DNA from: an uncultured bacterium
GTDB taxonomy: Bacteria > Verrucomicrobiota > Verrucomicrobiia > Limisphaerales > UBA8199
Reading direction: 5' to 3'
NCBI GenBank assembly: GCA_963749495.1
Contig: CAVVMW010000023.1
Coordinates: 216,006 to 280,005 of the forward strand
Length of the DNA stretch: 64,000 nucleotides
Made by a program: the position numbers and the translations under genes. Position 1 is the stretch's first letter. Every line of letters starts with the position of its first letter. Under the pieces are notes generated by a model, which worked only from the letters and a program-made list of their open reading frames with translations, did no database searches and was not told where the DNA came from. This document shows positions 26,796-37,000 of the stretch, piece by piece.

Positions 26796-28930
26796 CCATC
26801 ACTAACAGCCTGCTGGTGGACAGCAACTCGGTAATTGACGTGTCGGGGCGTGGTTACGTGAATGATGGCACCTTGGGCGCCCTTACCCTGGGCAACACCA
26901 ACACTGGAGCAGCCTCGGGCCGGTCGGGTGGCTCATACGGTGGTCTTGGGGCGCCTGCCTCGGGCAGACAGGCCAACTCGACCTACGGCGACTACCACAA
27001 TCCCAATGAACTGGGCTCGGCCGGGGCTGGAGCCCAGGCCAACGGCGGCGCGGGCGGCGGGTTGGTGCGCATCACCGCCGCCAGCGTCCAGATCAACGGA
27101 GCACTCCTGGCAAATGGCGCCAACGCGGTGGACAACGGCAGCTATGGCGGCGGCGGGGGCAGTGGCGGAGGCGTATGGCTGCATGTGGGCAGTCTGAGCG
27201 GCAGTGGACTGATTGCCGCCAATGGGGGTGTGCCGGCCAACTGGGGGGCCGCAGGCGGGGGGGACGGGTGGCGATTTATTATGGCTCGCTCTCCGGCCTT
27301 GACCTTGCTCGCCAGGTTACCGCCCATGGAGGCAACGGCAACGGTAATGCCAACAGTCCCGGAGCGGTGGGGACGGTCTATACGTGCCAGGCGGGAACTC
27401 CAGGCCAATTGCTGCTGGCCAGCCACGGCACTGCGGTCGGGACTTGGACGCCTTTGGGCATGGTGACGGACACGGTTTTTCAGGTGGAAAACCTGGTGAT
27501 TTCCGGGCAAGGGATGGTGGTGGCGCTGGCGCACGAGATGCCGATCCAAGCCGGTTCGATTGCCGTGGTGAACGGGGCGGTGTTGACGCACCAGCCAACA
27601 ACACTGGCGCAGGAGTACTCCCTGCGGCTGGCCATTACCAACAGCCTGCTGGTGGACAGCAACTCGGTAATTGACGTGTCGGGGCGCGGTTACATAAATG
27701 ATGGCGCCTTGGGCGCTCTTACCCTGGGCAACACCAACACTGGAGCAGCCTCGGGCCGGTCAGGCGGCTCTTATGGTGGTCTTGGGGCGCCTGCCTCGAA
27801 CGGACAGGGCAACTCGACCTACGGTGACTACCACAATCCCAATGAGCTGGGTTCCGCCGGGGCTGGAACCCATGCCAACGGCGGCGCGGGCGGCGGGTTG
27901 GTGCGCATTAGCGCTGCCAGCGCCCACATCGACGGAGCACTTCTGGCGAATGGGGCCAACGCGGCGGATAGTGGTGACTATGGCGGAGGCGGGGGCAGCG
28001 GCGGAGGCGTATGGCTGAATGTGGGCAGCCTGAGGGGCGGCGGTTTGATTGCCGCAAATGGGGGGAGCGGGATCACTTGGGGAGTCGCCGGCGGCGGTGG
28101 CCGTGTAGCGCTCTACTACGGCACAGTCAACGGTTTCGATCTGACCAATCGGGTAACCGCGCACGGCGGCAGGGGCAACGGCGCGGGTGCGGTGGGAACG
28201 GTGTACCTGAAACAGAATGGCGCCCTTGGCCAGTTGCTCCTGGCCAGCCATGACACTCCGGCGGGAGCGTGGACTCCCTTGGGACTGGCAAGCGACTCTA
28301 TGTTTGGGGCGGAAGACCTGGTGATTTCCGGGACGAATGTGGTGGCGATGCCGGCCCACCAGATGCCCATCCAAGCCAATACCGTCGCCGTGCTCGATGG
28401 GGCGCTGTTGACCCACCAGCCAACCACAGCGGCACAGGAATTCTCCTTGCGGTTGAGCATCACTAACAGCCTGGTGGTGGACAGCAACTCGGCAGTCAAT
28501 GTGTCCGGGCGTGGCTACACCGACGGCTACACGGTCGGCGACACCACGAGCGGGGCAGCCACCGGTCGCTCTGGCGGGTCCTATGGTGGTTTGGGAGCTT
28601 CAGCCTCAGGACAGAGCAATCCGGTGTACGGGGACTACCACTATCCCAATGAGCTTGGGTCTGGCGGAGCTGGGTCCTACGGGAATGGGGGCACGGGTGG
28701 AGGCTTGGTGCACATCGGTGCCGGCAGCGCGCAGGTGGACGGGCAGATCCTGGCCAACGGGGCCAATGCCGTGGATCACGGCGACTATGGCGGAGGCGGG
28801 GGCAGCGGCGGGGGGATTCTGCTGAATGTGGGCAGCCTGAGCGGCGGCGGCCTGATTGCAGCCAATGGGGGTGCGCCGGCCGACTGGGGGGCCGCAGGCG
28901 GGGGCGGCAGGGTAGCCGTCTATTCCAGTG
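25095..28930 (+). repeat. Intragenic tandem repeat, period 825 bp (one unit 835-837 bp): four full units and a divergent fifth
   Basis: The unit-start motif (G/A/C)TGTTGAC(G/C)CA occurs at 25095, 25920, 26745, 27580 and 28405. Units 1-4 are so similar at the DNA level that off-frame ORFs also repeat (MMAPWAPLPWATPTLEQPRAGRVAHTVVLGRLPRADR at 25213, 26038, 26862 and 27698). Confidence 0.9.
26816..27466 (+). CDS. Giant protein, segment 2 of 5 (true frame approx 26779-27262)
   Basis: Continues unit 3: ...MLTHQPTTTTQ | SLPLTITNSLLVDSNSVIDVSGRGY.... One base is missing at approx 26778 relative to the paralogous CAGGAGTAC at 27610-27618. Confidence 0.7.
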   Translation: MDSNSVIDVSGRGYVNDGTLGALTLGNTNTGAASGRSGGSYGGLGAPASGRQANSTYGDYHNPNELGSAGAGAQANGGAGGGLVRITAASVQINGALLANGANAVDNGSYGGGGGSGGGVWLHVGSLSGSGLIAANGGVPANWGAAGGGDGWRFIMARSPALTLLARLPPMEATATVMPTVPERWGRSIRARRELQANCCWPATALRSGLGRLWAW

Positions 28931-31680
28931 GCTTGACCTTTCCGAGAGCTAATGTAGCGGCCAACGCTGGCGCGGGCGGTCCCGCTGGAGCGCAACCTGG
29001 AACGGTCCTTTTCAGCGCCACTCCGTACTTCTTATGGGACCATACGAATTCGTTCCTCCACGGGGTCGAGCAGGTAGGTTGTGAAGTTGTGGGCGTTGGC
29101 TCTCAGGATTCCGTCAGCGTGCAGATCTCGGCTGCTCAAGCGGGCGTTTCTTACCTCATCGGCGTGCGCACGGATAAGATCGTTTCCTTTTTCTGGGATA
29201 CGGCCACTGTGCCTGACGGGGTGTATGAGCTTCGCGCGGCCTTCCGCCTCAACATGTCCCAGGTCATCGGAGAGCTTTCACAGACCGTGTTGGTGAACAA
29301 TTCGGTCGTTTGCCATTCGGGGCTGGTGACAACCAATCAAATTTGGCCAGCCGGGCAAGTTCACGTTGTCAACGGGAACCTCATTATCGGCCAGGGTGTG
29401 ACGGTCACGATTGAGCCTGGCGCGGTGGTGAAGTTCACCCACGGGAGCGGAATCACCATCGCGGCTGGCGGTGTCCTCGATGCTCCCGCAACGGCATCCG
29501 GCCCCATCATCCTCACCTCTTTGGCCGATGACACTGCCGGCGGCGACAGCAATTTGGACGGAAACAACTCGTTGCCCGTCCCGGGGGATTGGCTGGGTGT
29601 CACCGTTGAGGGGACCGGCCAGTTTAACGTGGCGGCTGCCCACGTCAACCTGCGTTATGCCTTCAGCGTCCACGGGGGCACGCTCTCTGCGAATGAGACC
29701 TGGCCGGGCACGCTGGTCCATCTCGTCAATCAGAACCTGGTCGTGCCCGGCGGCGTGACTCTCACGCTCAATCCGGGCGCGGTCGTCAAGTTCGCATCAG
29801 GCGTTGGCATGACCATCCAATCAGGCGGGATACTGACGGCTCTGGGCACCGTGGCCCTGCCCATCACTCTCACCTCGATTCGAGACGATATGGTCGCCGG
29901 CGACAGCAATGGGGATGGCAATGCCACCTTGCCGGCGCCAGGGGACTGGGCGGGCGTTTTCGTCAACGGCGGACGAGCTGAGCTCGATCACGCCGCGGTC
30001 AACTACGCCGGCTTTACCGCCAACGGCCAGTGGGACACTACTGCGGGCGCCATCAACCTGCAAAACAACGGCACCCTGACGCTGTCCAACTCGATCATCA
30101 ATAACGCCTTCTTTGACGGCCTCATCGCTTGGGGCAGCGGTGACGCAACCCTGGTCAGTTCACTCATTCTCAACTGCGATCGGGGCATCGACCCGGACGG
30201 CTCGAGCATCGTTCGGCTCATCAACTGCCTGCTGGATAACAACCGCATCGGCATCTGGGGCCATAACGGGACGGTCGGGATCACCAACACCATCATCAGC
30301 CACAGCTCGCAGGCGGGCCTTTACAATATCCTCAATTCGCCGATTGCCCTGCATTACAGCGATGTCTGGTCCACTAACGGCGCCAACTACGTGGGCAACA
30401 TCTCCGACCAGACCGGCGCCAATGGCAATATCTCGGCGGACCCCAAGTTCAAGAACATCGCTCTCGGGGACTACCGCCTCAACTATGGCTCGCCTTGCAT
30501 CAACGCCGCCGATTCGACCGTCGCCCCGCCGGGCGATTTCATGGGGGCGCCGCGCTATACCGACCCGCGCACCCTGGTCAAGACCGGCCTCCCGGGCACC
30601 AACGGAGTCTATGCGGATATGGGGGCGTTCGAGTTTGTCGAGACTGCCGTATCGGATGTCAACCTCATCGCCACCCAGGTTAGCGGTCCGGGGTTCGTCA
30701 CCGCTGGTGATTGGGTCCTGGTTCAGTGGACCGTTGCCAACCTTGGCAGTGGCGTTGCGGTGGGGCCTTGGCACGACACCGTCTATTTGGCTCCCGCCCG
30801 GGGCGCCGATGCCCCGCTTTGGGCGGCCGAGGTGCTCGACGGGACGCTGGCCTTGGGCTCCGGCGAAACGGTCACCGTCACCAATTCAGTCCGCGTTCCA
30901 GGCGGTGCGGAAGGCGCCTACCAGTGGCAGGTCCGCGTCAACAGCCGCGGCGAGGTCTTCGAGGGCATCAATTGGACCAATAACCTGGCCAGCGGAGCGG
31001 CCACGGTGCAATTGCAGGTGCCCGAGTTGGTCGTGGGCGCTAATCCCATTGCCCAGCAGTTTAATGGGGAAGGGCAATCCCAGTGGTTTAAGGTCCAGCT
31101 CCCGGCGGGCCAAAATGTCCTGGTAACCCTCTCACCCACGGGTAATTCCAGCACCCTCGAAATGTATTCGGGCCAGGGTTATATGCCCACGCAGTTGAAT
31201 TATGACGCGCAACAAAGGGCCTCAAACGGCAGCGCGGCCACCCTGCTGTTGCCTAGCGGCGCCGCCAGCACTTGCTACCTCTTGTTATATGCCCAGTCCC
31301 TGCCGGGGGGGACGGCCGCTTACAATTTGGCGGCCACGGTCCTCGACTTCTCATTGACGGAAATCAGTTCGGCAACACGGGTCGGGAACACGGGACCCGT
31401 GACCCTCGATGTGCGCGGGGGACAACTGTCCGCAAACCTGGCTTACCAGGTCATCGGGCCCGATGGCCAGGCGATTGCAGCCACCTCCGTCTATGCGGTA
31501 AATTCATCCGAAGTGTTTGTCACCTTCGATCTCAGCGGGCGTCCCCTGGGGAACTACCAACTGCTCGCGGGGCAAAGCGGCCACACCGTAACGCTCACGA
31601 ATGCCATCGAACGTAATCCACGGGAACCCCGGGCACGTCAATGTCAATGTGGCCAGTCCAGCCAATACTCGTCCCGGTAG
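27175..31680 (+). CDS. Giant protein, segment 3 of 5 (true frame from approx 27263)
   Basis: The G7 run at 27257-27263 is one G short of the AGGGGRVAIYYG frame seen in the other units. Contains units 3(end)-5 and parallel beta-helix-like repeats at 29.3-30.6 kb (NSIINNAFFDG, NCLLDNNRIGIWG, NTIISHSSQAGLYN). These are followed by a CARDB-like module (VSDVNLIATQVSGPGFVTAGDWVLVQWTVANLG) and a PPC-like module (QSQWFKVQLPAGQNVLVTLSP...LEMYSG). Confidence 0.85.
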   Translation: MAACGQSERQWTDCRQWGCAGQLGGRRRGGRVAIYYGSLSGLDLARQVTAHGGNGNGNANSPGAVGTVYTCQAGTPGQLLLASHGTAVGTWTPLGMVTDTVFQVENLVISGQGMVVALAHEMPIQAGSIAVVNGAVLTHQPTTLAQEYSLRLAITNSLLVDSNSVIDVSGRGYINDGALGALTLGNTNTGAASGRSGGSYGGLGAPASNGQGNSTYGDYHNPNELGSAGAGTHANGGAGGGLVRISAASAHIDGALLANGANAADSGDYGGGGGSGGGVWLNVGSLRGGGLIAANGGSGITWGVAGGGGRVALYYGTVNGFDLTNRVTAHGGRGNGAGAVGTVYLKQNGALGQLLLASHDTPAGAWTPLGLASDSMFGAEDLVISGTNVVAMPAHQMPIQANTVAVLDGALLTHQPTTAAQEFSLRLSITNSLVVDSNSAVNVSGRGYTDGYTVGDTTSGAATGRSGGSYGGLGASASGQSNPVYGDYHYPNELGSGGAGSYGNGGTGGGLVHIGAGSAQVDGQILANGANAVDHGDYGGGGGSGGGILLNVGSLSGGGLIAANGGAPADWGAAGGGGRVAVYSSGLTFPRANVAANAGAGGPAGAQPGTVLFSATPYFLWDHTNSFLHGVEQVGCEVVGVGSQDSVSVQISAAQAGVSYLIGVRTDKIVSFFWDTATVPDGVYELRAAFRLNMSQVIGELSQTVLVNNSVVCHSGLVTTNQIWPAGQVHVVNGNLIIGQGVTVTIEPGAVVKFTHGSGITIAAGGVLDAPATASGPIILTSLADDTAGGDSNLDGNNSLPVPGDWLGVTVEGTGQFNVAAAHVNLRYAFSVHGGTLSANETWPGTLVHLVNQNLVVPGGVTLTLNPGAVVKFASGVGMTIQSGGILTALGTVALPITLTSIRDDMVAGDSNGDGNATLPAPGDWAGVFVNGGRAELDHAAVNYAGFTANGQWDTTAGAINLQNNGTLTLSNSIINNAFFDGLIAWGSGDATLVSSLILNCDRGIDPDGSSIVRLINCLLDNNRIGIWGHNGTVGITNTIISHSSQAGLYNILNSPIALHYSDVWSTNGANYVGNISDQTGANGNISADPKFKNIALGDYRLNYGSPCINAADSTVAPPGDFMGAPRYTDPRTLVKTGLPGTNGVYADMGAFEFVETAVSDVNLIATQVSGPGFVTAGDWVLVQWTVANLGSGVAVGPWHDTVYLAPARGADAPLWAAEVLDGTLALGSGETVTVTNSVRVPGGAEGAYQWQVRVNSRGEVFEGINWTNNLASGAATVQLQVPELVVGANPIAQQFNGEGQSQWFKVQLPAGQNVLVTLSPTGNSSTLEMYSGQGYMPTQLNYDAQQRASNGSAATLLLPSGAASTCYLLLYAQSLPGGTAAYNLAATVLDFSLTEISSATRVGNTGPVTLDVRGGQLSANLAYQVIGPDGQAIAATSVYAVNSSEVFVTFDLSGRPLGNYQLLAGQSGHTVTLTNAIERNPREPRARQCQCGQSSQYSSR

Positions 31681-34018
31681 AGAGGGCGTGGTGGTGATCG
31701 AATACCGCAACACGGGCAACGTGGATGTGACGGCGCCCTTGATGCAAGTCCAGGCGCAAAACGCCAACCTCCGATTTGACGCCCAGAGCGATTATGTGGG
31801 CGGCTCAGTGTGGTTGTTGGGCATCAACAACGCAGGCCCCGCCGGCACCCTGCCCCCAGGGGCAGCGGGCTCGGTGCAACTGCTCTTTGAGCCCGGCACG
31901 GCAGCCAGTTGTACTTTCAGCGTGCTGCTGCCGCCCTCAACGAACACTCCCGCCGACTGGGCCAGCCTCAAGGATTCCCTGCGGCCGGAGGACGTTCTGC
32001 CCGAGGCCTGGGATGCCATTTACGCCAACTTTGTCGCCCGGCTTGGCCCCACCATGGGCCAATGCCAAAGCGCCCTTGCCCAAGACGCCACTTACCTGGG
32101 GCAGCTTGGCAGCTATGTGACGGACGTCCGAACCTTGGCCAGCTTCGAGCTCTTCCACGCCGGTCAAGAGGGCGCCATCAGCCAACGCTATAACTTGGGC
32201 ACCTTTGGTCGAGGTCAAGTGGATCCCACCAATATCGTCGCGGTGACCAACACCGCCGGGGATGTCAGAATTCGCGTCTCCCAGACCTTTATGCGGCTCT
32301 TTAAGCTCCAGGCCGATGGAAGTTACCTCGCCTTGCCCGGCGATTACGGTGTGTTGACCCTGGCCAAAGGTCATTATCAGATCAGCGAATCCGACGGCAC
32401 GATACTGGCCTTCCGACCCGACAACACATTGGACTATATCGAGGATCCCAACCTCAATCGCCTGACCTGCAACTACACCAGCGGCAGGTTGGCCAGTTGG
32501 ACCGATTCCTGGGGCGACTCTGTGCTGTTGACCTACAATGCGCAAGGCCGAGTCGTCAGCCTCACCGACCCGGTCGGACGCAACACCACTTTCGCATACG
32601 ATGCCTTGGGAGAGCATCTCACCAGCATTGTGGCTCCCGATGGCACCACCAATTCCTACACCTACGTCACGGGCCAAGGGGCGGCTCGCGAACACGCGCT
32701 GGCGTCGGTCACGGCCGCTGATGGCACACGGCTGAACCTGGAATATGACGACCTGGGCGCCCTGACGCAACTGAGCCAGGCGGGAGGCCAGGCGACGTTA
32801 ACCATTGATAGCGACTCGCCGGGAACCGTCACCGTGACGGATGCCAATGGCGCTTCGGTAAAGTTCCTCTACGATCACCTCGGCCAATTGCGCCAGCTCA
32901 TTGATCCCTTCGGCAACCTGACGCGGTTGGATTATGACGCAAACCACAACCTGACCCGCGCCGCTCTCCCCGGCGGATTGAGTTCCTCGTTCAATTACGA
33001 TCCTCGCGGCAACCTCATCGCCGGCATCGACGCCCTGGGCAGCCGCCTGGACGCGACTTATGACCCGACCCTCAACGTGCCCCTCAGCCTCCGCACTCCC
33101 GGCGGCCAGCAAACGCAGTTCACCTACGACGGCCGTGGCAATCCGCTCTCCATGATCTACCCGGATGGACGCACCGAGCAAGCAACCTATGACGCCAGGG
33201 GCGCTATCACAAACGCGGTTGATGGCCGCGCAATCGGGATTCAATACGTTTATGATGACAAGGGGCTTTTGACGAAGAAGCAATATGCGGATGGCAGCCG
33301 AGTTCAGTTCAGCTATGATGCCCACCGGAACCTAACCAACATTTCTCAGATCAACGGCGCCACGAATCGCGCCACGGTCATGGCCTATGATGCGGCCGAT
33401 CGGCTGATTAAGGTGACCGATCGCTTCAATCGCTCTCTGGCGTTCAACTATGATGGCGCCGGACGGCGCACCCGGATGCTGGCCGGCGACGGTTTTGCGG
33501 TCAACTACGCCTACGATGCCCAGGGCCGCCTGTCCCAAGTGACCGACGCGGCCGGCAATACTAATGTAACCTACAATTACGATGCCGGCGGCCGTTTGGC
33601 CAATAAGCAACTGGGTAATGGCGCCCTGGCCACTTACCAATACGACGCGGCGAACCAGATTGTTCGCCTGGTCAACCAGGCGCCGGACGGGTCGATTCTC
33701 TCCCGCTTTGATTATGCCTACGACAAACTGGGGCGGCGAACCCGCCTCGTCACGCTGGAAGGCACCAACGACTATGCCTACGACGCCATCGGACAATTGG
33801 CCGCGGTCACGCTGCCGGGGGGCAGAACAATAGACTACACTTATGATGCCGAAGGAAATCGGAGCTTGGTCTCCGACAATGGCGCAGCCACCGCGTACCT
33901 GCCAAATAATTTGGACCAATACACGATGGTTGGCTCCGCGGCCTGCCAGTATGATGCGGACGGAAATCTGATTTCGAAAACCGATGGTGGCCAGACCTGG
34001 ACTTATGCGTACAGATAA
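31601..34018 (+). CDS. Giant protein, segment 4 of 5 (CARDB-like + YD/RHS repeats)
   Basis: Joins segment 3 near 31611 (...TLTNAIE|VIHGNPGHVNVNV...). A second CARDB-like module (REGVVVIEYRNTGNVDV) is followed by a long series of YD repeats (FAYDALGEH, YDPRGNL, YTYDAEGNR, YAYDAIGQL, YDADGNLISKTDGGQTWTYAY). Confidence 0.85.
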   Translation: MPSNVIHGNPGHVNVNVASPANTRPGREGVVVIEYRNTGNVDVTAPLMQVQAQNANLRFDAQSDYVGGSVWLLGINNAGPAGTLPPGAAGSVQLLFEPGTAASCTFSVLLPPSTNTPADWASLKDSLRPEDVLPEAWDAIYANFVARLGPTMGQCQSALAQDATYLGQLGSYVTDVRTLASFELFHAGQEGAISQRYNLGTFGRGQVDPTNIVAVTNTAGDVRIRVSQTFMRLFKLQADGSYLALPGDYGVLTLAKGHYQISESDGTILAFRPDNTLDYIEDPNLNRLTCNYTSGRLASWTDSWGDSVLLTYNAQGRVVSLTDPVGRNTTFAYDALGEHLTSIVAPDGTTNSYTYVTGQGAAREHALASVTAADGTRLNLEYDDLGALTQLSQAGGQATLTIDSDSPGTVTVTDANGASVKFLYDHLGQLRQLIDPFGNLTRLDYDANHNLTRAALPGGLSSSFNYDPRGNLIAGIDALGSRLDATYDPTLNVPLSLRTPGGQQTQFTYDGRGNPLSMIYPDGRTEQATYDARGAITNAVDGRAIGIQYVYDDKGLLTKKQYADGSRVQFSYDAHRNLTNISQINGATNRATVMAYDAADRLIKVTDRFNRSLAFNYDGAGRRTRMLAGDGFAVNYAYDAQGRLSQVTDAAGNTNVTYNYDAGGRLANKQLGNGALATYQYDAANQIVRLVNQAPDGSILSRFDYAYDKLGRRTRLVTLEGTNDYAYDAIGQLAAVTLPGGRTIDYTYDAEGNRSLVSDNGAATAYLPNNLDQYTMVGSAACQYDADGNLISKTDGGQTWTYAYR

Positions 34019-37000
34019 CGAGAACCGTCTCGTTCAGGCTGTCACTCCGGATGGCACGTGGAGTTACGAGTATGATGCGTTTGGCAACCGGGTCGCAACT
34101 GTCCAAAATGGCCAGCGCACCGAATACCTGATCGATCCATTCGGTCTTGGCAACGTGGTGGGTGAATTCAATGGTTCTGGCGGCCTGGTGGCACATTACG
34201 CGCACGGGGGCGGCCTGGTGAGCCGCGCCGATGGCCGAGGTGAGTCTGCATTTTATCACTTTGACGCCCTCGGAAACACCAGCGAGATGACTGACCCTTC
34301 GGGCAATGTGCTCAATCAGTATTCGTACTTGCCTTTTGGCGAACCCTTGAGCGTGGCTGAAGCGGTAGAGAATCCGTTTCGCCACGTCGGGGAATTGGGT
34401 GTCATGCACGAAGGGCACGGTATGGAGTTCGTGCGGGCAAGGTCCTTCGATCCGGCAGCCGGCAGGTTTACGCAGCGGGACCCCATTGGTCTGGCGGGTG
34501 GCATAAACCTCTATCGTTGCACAGGGAATGATCCGGTGAACTCATCGGATCCCAGTGGTCTGATGGTGAACCTTTGGAGCTCTTACGAAACGTTAAGCGG
34601 CCTCATCTTCGAGTCAGGCAGGGCAGTTGATTATCTGGAAGCTCTTCGCCCCTTCCTGAACCAGGGGGCGCGCGAGCAAGTGTATGCCACCTACCTGCGA
34701 CAGGGCTTGCGCCCGGCGCTCCAATTAGCCCTGCGTTTTAACAACGCAGGCGCGATAGAATATGCGGCCAAGGTCCTTGGCATGAACAGTTCTTTGGAGG
34801 CTGAGGCCGCTCGACAAACGGCACTGGCAGCAGAACAGGCTGCCGCTGCTGCAGCGGCAGGGGAGGCGTCGGGTGCCCGCTGGGCTGCAGCCAGAACAAT
34901 AGGCGGCAAAATACTAGGCGGAGCGCTGACGGTTTACACCCTATACCAGGGTGCCCAAGCGTGGTGCCAGGTATTGTCGGTCTCGGGAATGAACGACTTG
35001 GACTACCTCACGGATGGCTGGCTCTTGGGAGTAACACCCGTGGCTCAAGCCGGGACACGGGTCGTTACTTCGCATGACCCCAACGATATCACCGGCCCGG
35101 CCGGTTATGGGCAGCAGTCCTACGTCAGTGTGGATTTCACGATGTATTACCTGATCCAGTTCGCGAACAAGACCAACGCCTCGGCGCCGGCACAAATGGT
35201 GGTGGTGACAAACCAGTTGCCAGCCGCCCTGGATTACGGCACCTTCGAATTAGGGAATATGGGCTTTGGCACTAACGTCGTGACGGTGCCGCCGGGCCGC
35301 ACTTTCTATTCCAGCCGGGTGGATGCGCGCGGCGCGCTGGGCCTTTACGTGGATGTGCAAGGCCAGTTCGATGCGACCAGCGGTTTGGCGGTTTGGACCT
35401 TCACTTCGATCAATCCGGTAACCGGTGGCGAGCCGGAGGACCCCTTGGCCGGGTTTTTGCCGCCGGACACCAACCCTCCGGCCGGCGAAGGCTGGGTGCG
35501 CTATAGCGTGAAGCCGCTCGCGGATACGGCCGACGGTTCGCAGGTCAGCGCCCAGGCCTCGGTTTACTTCGACACCAACCCCCGCATCAACACGCCTACC
35601 ATCACCAACGGCTTGGATAGCCTTACCCCGAGCAGCCATGTTATTCCGCTGCCGCCAACCAGTCCGCCTGCTTTCACCGTGAGTTGGACCGGGCAGGATG
35701 GACAGGGTTCGGGCATTGCCGGGTATGACATTTTTGTGGCCACCAACCAGGCGCCTTATGGCTTGTGGCTCCAAGGCACGACGAACAGCAGCGCTGCCTT
35801 CACCGGTTCGGTGGGCTCCACCTATGCCTTTTACAGCATCGCCACCGATGGAGTGGGACACCGCGAATTGCCACCTGCGGTCGCGGAGGCGCTGACCTTG
35901 GTTGCTGCAACAGCTCCCACCAATGCCCCCTCTCTGCTGGACGGCCCGCTCATGAACGTCGCCCGGATGGGACATTGTATCGGGGAGATGCCGGACGGTT
36001 CAGCCGTGGTTTTCGGGGGCCACGGCCAGGGATTCGTCGCCCTCAATTCCATCGAGATTTGGCGGCCGGCGGCCAACAGTTTCACTCTGCTGCCCACGCC
36101 CTTCACCTTTGATTCCGGCGCCCTGGTGCGTCTGGCCGATGGGCGTTACCTGATGGCCGGCGGGGCGGCCAACCTGGGCGTAGCCCCGGGCTATAATACA
36201 GCCCAGCTTTTCGATCCCGTCGCCGGCACCGTGGCTTCGACGGGCACCAGCATGGTGCGGCCTCGCATGTCTTGCCGCGGGGCCCTGCTCACCAGCGGCA
36301 AAGTGCTCATTGCAGGCGGTTGGTATGACACCGGCAGCGCCACTTATGGAGAACTGTTCGACCCGGCCACCGGGTTATTTGCGGCAACGGGAGCGCTGCG
36401 CACTCCGCGAGCCCAGCCGGTGGTGCTGCCGACCACCGACGGCAAGGCGGTGATCGCCGGCGGGATGGGGGTTTACGGCAGTCCGAGCTTTATCGAGCAG
36501 GTGGAATTATACGATCCGGTCCAAAATTCCTTCTCGGTGTTGACCAATGCCTTGTTCCCGGGTGAGACGGGCTGGGCCTTGAGCCCGGAGGGGGAGCGAA
36601 CCATCCGGGACCAACAGACCGCCGATGGCCGTTATGTCCTCCAGGCTTCTCGGGTCACCAACAATGTTACCGAAGTGGTGCTGGCGATCTTCGATCCCAC
36701 GGCCCGCAAATTCACCAAGCTGGCCGCCAGCCCAGCCTTTACGGAGCCAGTGAGCGCCTGGCTGCCGGTGGTGTCGGCTGCGGAAAATGCAGTGTATTTC
36801 CTCTCCGGCTACAACACCAACAGCAGCGCCAACTTGATCTTCCGCGTTCAGCGGGTGGACCTGGCCACCGGACAGCGGGTGGCCTCGGATGAACTTTCCG
36901 TCACCAACTACTATCCGGGCAGCAGTGCCACGGTGTTATTGAAAGATGGCCGGTTGTTTGTCACGGGCGGCACCACGGCGATCGATTCACAATTCAATTT

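Noticed and set aside
25095-28930. Regularly spaced repeats considered as a possible CRISPR array
   Set aside because: The period is 825 bp, not 55-75 bp. The whole unit is repeated with no unique spacers, and it lies in a continuous protein-coding frame. No cas genes are in the window.
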